Made by a program: the position numbers and the translations under genes. DNA of 64,000 nucleotides from an uncultured bacterium (GTDB lineage Bacteria; Krumholzibacteriota; Krumholzibacteriia; LZORAL124-64-63), in assembly GCA_963732385.1 (NCBI GenBank), contig CAVSZB010000004.1:32001-96000 (forward strand), given 5' to 3'. Of this stretch, positions 19,822-27,194 are shown piece by piece. A model generated the notes under the pieces. That model saw only the letters and a list, made by a program, of their open reading frames with translations. It did no database searches and had not been told where the DNA came from. Each line of letters opens with the position of its first letter. Positions within the stretch are counted from its first letter, which is position 1.

Positions 19822-20181
19822 ATGACCTCGGCGGCCGCAAGTCTGCTCGCGCTGGGCGATCCAAATCGTCTGGTCCTTTTGCGCCTGCTGCTCGATCGCG
19901 CTCTCTCGGTCAGCGATTTGATGGCGGCCACCGGATTGGGCCAATCCCTGGTTTCGCATCATCTGGCGGTGCTGGTTCGTGGCGGCTGGCTGACCGCGCG
20001 GCGTCAGGGCCGCCGTCGCGTCTATGCCCCGATCATCGCCGGCACTCCCCTCGCGCCGCTGGCGGCCTGGATCCGCCGTGAGATCCCGGCCGCCGGCGCC
20101 CTGCCCTTGACCATCGCGCCAGTCGCTACCCCATTCGAGCGGGGGATCGGCCATGGCGTGCTCGAAGACTGGATGCTGTGA
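19822..20181 (+). CDS. ArsR/SmtB-family HTH regulator
   Basis: ALGDPNRL..L..L...SVSDL...QSLVSHHLAVL...RQGRRRVY. Confidence 0.85.
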   Translation: MTSAAASLLALGDPNRLVLLRLLLDRALSVSDLMAATGLGQSLVSHHLAVLVRGGWLTARRQGRRRVYAPIIAGTPLAPLAAWIRREIPAAGALPLTIAPVATPFERGIGHGVLEDWML

Positions 20182-20223
20182 TGCGCCCTCGAGGCTGCGC
20201 ATACCTGCGGGAAAGGACCTGCT

Positions 20224-21588
20224 TTGCGGACCATCCTCGTCGTTGACGACGAAATCGCCATCCGGACGGCGCTCGCCCGGATCCTGACCTATGAGAATTA
20301 CCGGGTCGTGCAGGCCGCTTCGGGCGCCGCCGCCCTGAAGGCTTTGGCCGGTGAGAGCATTGACGCCGTTCTGCTGGACATCAAGATGCCGGGCATGGAC
20401 GGTTTCGAGGTGCTCGATCTGATGGCGAAGTCGCCGGCGCCGCCGCCGGTGATCGTCATCTCCGGACACGGCAATATTGAAACCGCCGTGGAAGCAGTGC
20501 GCAAGGGCGCCTACGATTTCCTGGAAAAACCACCCGACCGCTCCAGGTTGCTGGTTACTTTGGAGAACTGCCTGGCGCACCGGCGCGTGCTTTTCGAGAA
20601 GGAGGACCTCAAGGCGCGGGGCGGTTTTCGCGATCCCCTCATTGGCGAATGTCCCCAGCTGCGCGAGGTGCGTTCTTTCATCGGGAAAGTCGCCCCCACC
20701 GACTCGACCGTTCTCATCACCGGCGAGAACGGAACAGGCAAGGAACTGGTTGTCCGAGCGTTGCACGAGCAGAGCCGCAGGCGCGAACAGGCGCTCGTGG
20801 AGGTGAACTGTGCCGCCATCCCACGCGAGCTCGTGGAAAGCGAACTGTTCGGGCATGAGAAGGGGGCCTTCACGGGCGCGGAGCGCCAGCGCATCGGCAA
20901 GTTCGAGCAGGCCGACGGCGGCACGCTCTTCCTCGATGAGATCGGCGACATGAGCGACGAGGCGCAGGCCAAGGTCCTGAAGGCTGTCGAGGAAAGCCGC
21001 TTCGAAAGGGTCGGCGGCAACGAAACGTTGCGGACCGATGTGCGCATCGTCGCGGCAACAAACCGCGATCTTGCGCGACCCGACTCCGGCTTCCGGCAGG
21101 ATCTGTTCTTCCGGCTCAACGTGCTGGCGATCCATCTGCCGCCGCTGCGCGACCGGGGCGATGACATTCCTCTTCTGCTTGAGTACTTCATGAGGATGCT
21201 CGCTCCCCACCTGAAGACGGTGCCCCGGGAGTTCAGCCCGGAAGCGCTGGCCCTCCTGCGCGAACACAACTGGCCGGGGAATGTCCGCGAACTACGAAAT
21301 CTCGTGGAGCGGCTGTTGATCCTCACGCCGGGCCCAGTGGTGCGTCCGGTCGATCTGCCTTTGTTGCGGCCGGTTCCCGAGGCTGGATCGGAGTTGGACG
21401 ATCTGTTGTCGTGCAAGGAGTTCCAGGATTTCAAGGCCCGGGCGGAGGCACTTTTCCTGCAGGCGAAACTGCGGGAGAATCGCTACAATGTCAGTCAGAC
21501 GGCAGAACAACTGGGAATGCAGCGGAGTAATCTTTACAAGAAGATCACCCGCTATCGCCTGAAAACCCAGCCCAACAGTCAGGATTGA
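20224..21588 (+). CDS. Sigma54-dependent response regulator (NtrX/NtrC-like: REC-AAA+-Fis HTH)
   Basis: ILVVDDE, LLDIKMP, ISGHG, GENGTGKE, GHEKGAFTGA, FLDEIGD, WPGNVREL. Confidence 0.93.
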   Translation: MRTILVVDDEIAIRTALARILTYENYRVVQAASGAAALKALAGESIDAVLLDIKMPGMDGFEVLDLMAKSPAPPPVIVISGHGNIETAVEAVRKGAYDFLEKPPDRSRLLVTLENCLAHRRVLFEKEDLKARGGFRDPLIGECPQLREVRSFIGKVAPTDSTVLITGENGTGKELVVRALHEQSRRREQALVEVNCAAIPRELVESELFGHEKGAFTGAERQRIGKFEQADGGTLFLDEIGDMSDEAQAKVLKAVEESRFERVGGNETLRTDVRIVAATNRDLARPDSGFRQDLFFRLNVLAIHLPPLRDRGDDIPLLLEYFMRMLAPHLKTVPREFSPEALALLREHNWPGNVRELRNLVERLLILTPGPVVRPVDLPLLRPVPEAGSELDDLLSCKEFQDFKARAEALFLQAKLRENRYNVSQTAEQLGMQRSNLYKKITRYRLKTQPNSQD

Positions 21589-21622
21589 TCGCCTCGGGGA
21601 GCGGGGAGGCGGGTTCCGGCAT

Positions 21623-21651
21623 TTGACTGGGAAAGCCAACTAACCTATAAT
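21623..21651 (+). promoter_or_regulatory. Near-consensus sigma70 promoter for the micro-protein / TPR-activator unit
   Basis: TTGACT (21623-28), 17-nt spacer, TATAAT (21646-51). Confidence 0.8.
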
Positions 21652-21755
21652 TATGCTTGCCTGATCGGGAGGATCGAGGTGGGCGGCCCGCAGCCGGTTT
21701 CCCGCAGCTTCCCTGGCGGGGCCACCCCACGGCCTCAAGGCTGAGGAGATCCGAT

Positions 21756-22091
21756 ATGAGCAAGATTCGATGGATCCTCGTGACCCTGCTGGCTTTGACA
21801 TTCTTCGGCGCTTCGGGTATTACTCCGGCAAGTGCAGCGACCGCGACCCAGCATCATGACCTGACCTTCGCGCCCGGCTCGACGGTGCTCCCACCGACCG
21901 CCGGAGTACTCGGGGGCGGTGGGGGTGGTGGCGTCACGAATGGCGATCCCGACGACATCATCGAGGGTAATCGCGTGTTTGCTGTGGCTGCCCGATCATC
22001 CACCGTGTCCTTTGCGTCGGTCGGTACGGCCGTACTGCTCTGGCTCAAGGTGGGTGGAGTGACCCTTCTGCTGCGGCGCCTGTTGCCGTAG
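21756..22091 (+). CDS. Small secreted/membrane-anchored protein (111 aa): signal peptide, Gly7 linker, NGDPDDIIEG motif, C-terminal hydrophobic helix plus RR
   Basis: GAGGAG RBS then ATG at 21756; MSKIRWILVTLLALTFFGASGITPASA signal; ends ...VGTAVLLWLKVGGVTLLLRRLLP. Confidence 0.75.
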   Translation: MSKIRWILVTLLALTFFGASGITPASAATATQHHDLTFAPGSTVLPPTAGVLGGGGGGGVTNGDPDDIIEGNRVFAVAARSSTVSFASVGTAVLLWLKVGGVTLLLRRLLP

Positions 22092-22175
22092 CGTTTGAGG
22101 CGATCACTAGTCGGGTGGCGGAGCCGCCGAAAGTGTGGGAGTGATCCATCCACCCACTCGCCAGGGGACGGGTTG

Positions 22176-25100
22176 ATGAGCGAGCAGCCGAGCGGGTACA
22201 GCAGGCATGAGGCGGAATATCCCGAGCGTTCGCACGCGCTCGACGCGGAGGAGTGCGATCGGTTGGAGGAGATCGGTGATCTCAACGCGCAGGCCTCTGC
22301 CTACAGTTCCTCGCTGGAGTACTATCGACGACTACTTGAAGGTGCCACGCTGCGGTTGCTCATCCCGGCCCGTCGGGCAGGAGTGCTGCGCAAGAGTGTC
22401 GATGCCGCGCTGAATATCGGTGATCTCGCCCTTGCGGAATCATTGCTTGGACTCGCTCCCTCTCTCTTCGACGCCGCCGACGATCTGACGGCCGAGGAGC
22501 GCGCCCATCTCCTTGCCCCTCTAATGGGCAGACGGGCCATTCTTCTCTCCCAGCTGGGACTGTTCAGCGACGCCCTGCAGGCCGCCAAGCATGCCTTCGC
22601 CATCCTGGCCGTGACGGACGAACATCGGGAGGTGGCGAACCTGCAGGTGACGATGGGGGCCTGCCACCAGCGCCTCGGACGTCTGGACAAGGCGGAGGAA
22701 TTTTATCTCGACGCACTCTCCAGTTATCGGCGGATCGGAGACGAACTGGGTGCGGCCACGCTGCACAACAACCTCGGGCTGCTCCACAAGAACGCCTGTC
22801 GCTGGAACCGGGCGCTCGATCTTCTCGAGAAGGCGGTAGCCATAGCGCAGCGTCATGGCGCCACACATCTGCTGGCCCGCCTGCACCTGAATCGCGGCAT
22901 CATTCTCGGGAAGATCGGACGTCTGGGCGAAGCTCGCGAGGATCTCGACCGCAGCCTGCGCCTGTCGCGGAGCCTCGGTGACCGGAATCGTCAGGCCAAG
23001 GTCTGTCTGGCCTACGGGCTGCTGGAAATGCGTGCTGGACGGCTCGTCAAAGCCGAGGAGTTCGTGCTTGAGGGCAAGAACCTGGCCGAACAGGAGCGGT
23101 ACCTGCGCGAGGAAACAATCGCCGACGAGTACCTTGGGGATATCCTGCTGCTGCGCGGCGAAACCGACAAGGCGCTCTTCAATTACAGTCTGGGTCTCGA
23201 CAAGAGTCGCACGATCGGCAAGGTCTGTGATCTGGAGGGCGAACTGCTCCGTCGGGTCGCCGAGGCGCAGCGGATGCGGGGCGACCTCGAACAGGCGATC
23301 GAAACCGGCCTCGCGGCGGTGGCGGTCTGCGAGAAGTGCGGCGAACTGTACGAACTGGGATTCTGCCATCTGACACTCGGCCGCGCCCGCACGACCCGGG
23401 GAGACTTTGCCGGAGCGGATGCGGAGTTCAGGCGCGCGATCCAGCTGTTCCGGCAGCAGAACCTGCCCCGACTTTGGATCGATGCGATCCTCGCTTTCCT
23501 TGATGCCCGGCTCGCCACGGCCGCCCAGCCGGAATTCCTGCTGTTGCGCCGCTATCTGAGCGAGGCTCAGGAGAGCGGGAGCGCTGTGCTGGATGACCGC
23601 CTGCTCTGCCGGCTGCAGCAGGGGCTGGCGGAAGTGCAGATGCGGCTCGGCCAGTTCGACGACGCTCTGCTGACGGCCTATGAACTCGAGCGCAACGCAG
23701 GCGGGCTGGGCGATGCCGGGCTCGGCCTCGCGATCAGCGATTTGCGCGGACGCATCGAACGCGCTCTGCTCGGCGACATCGGGAGCACCGAGAACCACCT
23801 CCAGGCGATTTCCGGAATCCCGGGCATCTTCAGTTGGCATGATGCCTCCATCCCGCGCAATCTCACGGCGGTCCTGCGGGCGGGGATGGACCGGGTACGC
23901 GCCGATCATGGTTTCATCGCTCTCGACTGGGCAGAGGCCGGGACACATCCGCTGCGTGTGGTGGCGCGCGAGGGGCTTTCCGACAATCTCTCGGATCAAC
24001 TCGGGCGCTGGTACCGCGAGAGTGTCCCCGCCAGCGTGGATTCGGCGAACCCCGTCCTTTTCTCCCGGCTGGCCGGGGGCGAACCGCTGCTGGCCGCCGT
24101 GCCGGCCCTCCGGGACAGGGCGGCCGGGTGTCTCTTCATGCCGATCACGCTCGAGGGCAGACGATTCGGCGTCCTCTACCTGGGACGCAGCAGCCTTGTG
24201 GGTGGTGAGGTGGCCTTCGGGCGCCCCGCGCTCGACTTTCTGGCGACCTACATGGGCTTTCTCGCACTGTTCCTGTTCGAGAAGGGGCGGGGACGTCTGC
24301 CCGGCGAGCCTCTTGTGCCGGTGGCGCCTTCAGGCGAGGCCCCCAGTTTCGAGCAGATCATCACCGAGAACGAGCAGATGCTCGAACTGCTCGCCCTCAT
24401 CCGCAAGGTGGCTCCCAGCGACCTCACCGTTCTGCTGACTGGAGAAACCGGCACCGGCAAGGGGCTGCTGGCTCAGGCAGTCCACTCGCTCAGCCGGCGG
24501 CACGGAGGTCGCTTCCTGGCGATCAACTGCGCGGCGATTCCCGAAACGCTGTTGGAAAGCGAGTTGTTCGGACACGTCAAGGGCAGTTTCACCGGGGCGA
24601 TCGGCGACAAGCGCGGGCTGCTTGCGGAGGCCGCGGGGGGCTCTGTCTTCCTGGACGAAATCGGGAAGATGCCGCTCAGCATGCAGGGCAAACTGCTTCA
24701 GTTCCTGGACACCAGGGTCATCCGTCCGGTCGGCTCCAACCAGGAGCGCCAGGTCGATGTGCGTATCATCTGCGCCAGCAAATCCGATCTCCACGACCTG
24801 ACGGAACGGGGACTTTTCCTCCAGGATCTTTTCTACCGGTTGCTCGATTTTCCGCTCGTTGTACCACCGCTGCGCACCCGTCGCGATGATATCCAGTTGC
24901 TCGCGCACCATTTCATCGAACGCTTTGCCGGGGAACTGGGGATTGCGCCACCCGGCTACACCTCCTCGTTCATGGATGCGCTGGTGGCGCACGACTGGCC
25001 CGGCAACATCCGCGAGCTGGAGAAGTCGGTCCGGAGGGCGATAGTCCTGGCCCAGGAGGAGCGCGTTCTCAAGCCGGAACATCTGCCGCGTGAGATCGGC

Positions 25101-25292
25101 GCGGGACGGTCGGCAGGGAAGGTCGGCCGACCTGCGCCGCTGCGCGAGACTCTGGCGACGGTCGAATGCCGGGAGATCGCCGAAGCACTCCGCCTGACGC
25201 GCGGGAACAAGTCGGAGACCGCCCGGATGCTGGAGATCAGCTACCCCAATCTGCTCAAGAAGATCCGTTTCTACGGCCTTCAGACTTCCTGA
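22176..25292 (+). CDS. Sigma54 enhancer-binding activator with a long N-terminal TPR array, GAF-like domain, AAA+ and HTH
   Basis: TPR-like repeats (e.g. ATLHNNLGLLHKNACRWNRALDLLEKA); GETGTGKG, ESELFGHVKGSFTGA, FLDEIGK, WPGNIREL, GNKSETARML; no receiver domain. Confidence 0.9.
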   Translation: MSEQPSGYSRHEAEYPERSHALDAEECDRLEEIGDLNAQASAYSSSLEYYRRLLEGATLRLLIPARRAGVLRKSVDAALNIGDLALAESLLGLAPSLFDAADDLTAEERAHLLAPLMGRRAILLSQLGLFSDALQAAKHAFAILAVTDEHREVANLQVTMGACHQRLGRLDKAEEFYLDALSSYRRIGDELGAATLHNNLGLLHKNACRWNRALDLLEKAVAIAQRHGATHLLARLHLNRGIILGKIGRLGEAREDLDRSLRLSRSLGDRNRQAKVCLAYGLLEMRAGRLVKAEEFVLEGKNLAEQERYLREETIADEYLGDILLLRGETDKALFNYSLGLDKSRTIGKVCDLEGELLRRVAEAQRMRGDLEQAIETGLAAVAVCEKCGELYELGFCHLTLGRARTTRGDFAGADAEFRRAIQLFRQQNLPRLWIDAILAFLDARLATAAQPEFLLLRRYLSEAQESGSAVLDDRLLCRLQQGLAEVQMRLGQFDDALLTAYELERNAGGLGDAGLGLAISDLRGRIERALLGDIGSTENHLQAISGIPGIFSWHDASIPRNLTAVLRAGMDRVRADHGFIALDWAEAGTHPLRVVAREGLSDNLSDQLGRWYRESVPASVDSANPVLFSRLAGGEPLLAAVPALRDRAAGCLFMPITLEGRRFGVLYLGRSSLVGGEVAFGRPALDFLATYMGFLALFLFEKGRGRLPGEPLVPVAPSGEAPSFEQIITENEQMLELLALIRKVAPSDLTVLLTGETGTGKGLLAQAVHSLSRRHGGRFLAINCAAIPETLLESELFGHVKGSFTGAIGDKRGLLAEAAGGSVFLDEIGKMPLSMQGKLLQFLDTRVIRPVGSNQERQVDVRIICASKSDLHDLTERGLFLQDLFYRLLDFPLVVPPLRTRRDDIQLLAHHFIERFAGELGIAPPGYTSSFMDALVAHDWPGNIRELEKSVRRAIVLAQEERVLKPEHLPREIGAGRSAGKVGRPAPLRETLATVECREIAEALRLTRGNKSETARMLEISYPNLLKKIRFYGLQTS

Positions 25293-25373
25293 CGCGCGCC
25301 AGCCTTTTTTTATAACCTCAGGCCAGATGCGCCCCGTCGTCTGTAAATTGTTTTAATACATTAAATAGCATTA

Positions 25374-25386
25374 TATCAACGACTTG
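25374..25386 (+). promoter_or_regulatory. IHF-like binding site
   Basis: TATCAA-CGAC-TTG matches WATCAANNNNTTR and is preceded by an AT tract (25343-25373) in a GC-rich genome. Confidence 0.65.
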
Positions 25387-25512
25387 CTCGTTCAGGCCCC
25401 GGGCTGTCAACGATTGAATCAATCGCGGGCCCCGACCTCCGATGAATACCGTTTCATGATTTGTAAATGACTTTTCTACAATAACTTAAGAATTTTCGAG
25501 CGAAGCAGTCTG

Positions 25513-25528
25513 TGGCACGCGGAGTGCT
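25513..25528 (+). promoter_or_regulatory. Sigma54 (-24/-12) promoter 1
   Basis: TGGCACGCGGAGTGCT: GG and GC are correctly spaced against TGGCACG-N4-TTGC, downstream of a sigma54 activator gene and an AT-rich region. Confidence 0.75.
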
Positions 25529-25539
25529 GTACATGGCGT

Positions 25540-25883
25540 CTGAAGGGGCTCTCGTTGCAGGGAAACAGCCGCTTCTCAAGGTCCAGGCCGCTGGGGCGGC
25601 AGAATTTGGGGAGGGATATCCGGGTTCGCGATCCTCACTGCTTACCGGCTGAAAGAGGAGGTTCTCTTCGTGGGTTCTGCCTGCGGGTTCTTGAGAGGTG
25701 GGGTCTTGAGGACCGATCGGGCAGAGTAGAGAGAACCGGCGGAACGGATCCCTCCCCGAAGTTCCATTCAAAGCCTGACCAGTCAGGCACGTGTCGGTGC
25801 GAGGAAAGAGCCGGGCTGGCCTTGAATTGGCGAGATTCAAGGTCGGCCGTGCCGGAACCCCGGCGGGCTCTTTCCTCATTTTT
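25540..25883 (+). ncRNA. Candidate sigma54-dependent structured non-coding RNA (~340 nt), family unknown
   Basis: Starts at the predicted TSS of the sigma54 promoter. Stems: 25568-75/25593-600; 25605-17/25748-60; internal TCTGCC/GGCAGA hairpin; 25773-88; GAGGAAAGAGCC (25801-12)/GGCTCTTTCCTC (25866-77) followed by ATTTTT. No credible long ORF. Confidence 0.6.
25801..25883 (+). terminator. Branched 3' stem with U-tract (probable intrinsic terminator of the ncRNA)
   Basis: 12-bp perfect closing stem enclosing two hairpins, then ATTTTT. Confidence 0.55.
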
Positions 25884-26174
25884 CCGTCTCACCGGACCGG
25901 CATGCAGCCTGTTCTCCCCTGTCCTGCGTCATCGGCTGCCAAGTCTGCTCCGCGTCTACTCCTGGAGATCCGCTGGACTCTGTTGAGCACAAAGGGGACG
26001 GTGCCGCCCATCGCGGGCGCACGCCGGCTGGCGGCAGTCGTCCTCTTCCACCTTTCGGGTTGGGGCGGGCTCAGCAATCAAGATCCTCTAATTAAACAAT
26101 TTACGCTGATGCATTCCTCCGCCGCGCACGGCATGCCGCCGTACGGCATCCGATCCGTGGCTGAGCCGTGAGCC

Positions 26175-26190
26175 TGGCACGATGTCTGCG
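26175..26190 (+). promoter_or_regulatory. Sigma54 (-24/-12) promoter 2
   Basis: TGGCACGATGTCTGCG with correct GG/GC spacing, about 80 nt upstream of the ATG at 26269. Confidence 0.7.
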
Positions 26191-26268
26191 ATACTCCAGG
26201 GCCCGGCCGTGACACATCACAGGTGCGGTGCGGGGCTGGCGGCGGCGGACGAAGTGAGGGAGGAAGAG

Positions 26269-27150
26269 ATGAAGCTGGCGCAGGCGGTGACCCTGGCGAT
26301 CCTGCCACTGGCGTTGGCGATCTGGCTCGGCGGCTGTTCCGAAGAAGATTGCATCGAGTGCGTGGACCGAGATCCCCCCGCGGTGCCGACCGGAGTGTAC
26401 AGTGTCACCGGAGACGGCCGTATCACCGTGTTTTGGAACGACATCTACCAGAGCGATCTGGCGGGCTACGCCGTTTATCGGGATGACAATGCCGACGGCG
26501 AATTCGAGCATCTCGCCGATCTCGCCTGGGACGAGAATTGGGATCAGACCACCGGCCTGCACCAGTACGTGGACGAACCGGTCACGAACGGCCTGACCTA
26601 CGAGTACGCGGTCGCTTCGTACGACGTGGCGGGGAACGAGAGCGAGCTCAGCTTCGAGGTCGTGCTCGACACGCCGCGTCCCGAGGGGTTCGATGTCGAT
26701 CTCTTCGACCGTCTCGTCACGCCGGCCGCCAGCGGCTTCGACTTCAGCCGCGCTCTGCGGGTCCCGGCTGCGGATGCCACGGCCGACATCTTTGTCGAGT
26801 GGTCCGGAGATGTCCCCTTCGTCTGTGCCGCGCGCAGTGATGTCGAACTGCAGGACTACGGCAACGTGATGACCGACTCGGGCTTCATCGATCTCGATCT
26901 GCTCAGCTACGCCCCCCTCGAGGGCTGGACGGTCGCGCGACGGGTCGAGGCGATTAGGGGCCATGCCTATGTCGTGCGTGTTGGCACTTCCACCTATCAC
27001 TACGCGAAGATCGCGGTCATGGCTCTCGACGGCATCACGGGCTCGATTACTGTTGATTGGGCGTATCAGATCGCCGCCGACAATCGGGAACTGAAGGCGA
27101 TGCCGGCGCCGCCTCGCACGGGAGTCGTCGTCGAAGTGATGAGTTTCTAG
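26269..27150 (+). CDS. Lipoprotein with fibronectin type III-like domain
   Basis: Lipobox LGG-C; 'PPAVPTGVYSVTGDGRITVFW...DLAGYAVYR...NGLTYEYAVASYDVAGNES' is an FN3-like pattern. Confidence 0.8.
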   Translation: MKLAQAVTLAILPLALAIWLGGCSEEDCIECVDRDPPAVPTGVYSVTGDGRITVFWNDIYQSDLAGYAVYRDDNADGEFEHLADLAWDENWDQTTGLHQYVDEPVTNGLTYEYAVASYDVAGNESELSFEVVLDTPRPEGFDVDLFDRLVTPAASGFDFSRALRVPAADATADIFVEWSGDVPFVCAARSDVELQDYGNVMTDSGFIDLDLLSYAPLEGWTVARRVEAIRGHAYVVRVGTSTYHYAKIAVMALDGITGSITVDWAYQIAADNRELKAMPAPPRTGVVVEVMSF

Positions 27151-27194
27151 GGGCTGCGGCGAGGCCGGCTGAAGGGCCGGCGAGGAGGCGTGAC

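Noticed and set aside
25801..25820. GAGGAAAGAGCCGGGC resembles the RNase P RNA motif GAGGAAAGUCCGGGC
   Set aside because: It is not an exact match, it is fully paired with 25866-77 in a local stem, and no 3' ACAGAA.CCGGC.TA motif follows.
25540..25883. CsrB/RsmY-like GGA-repeat sRNA
   Set aside because: About nine GGA trinucleotides is roughly what this G-rich composition predicts, and most lie in stems rather than repeated loops.
25454..26308. ORF-track ORFs in the 25.4-26.3 kb intergenic region
   Set aside because: They have no recognisable domains or RBS and atypical composition, and they overlap promoter and RNA-structure elements.
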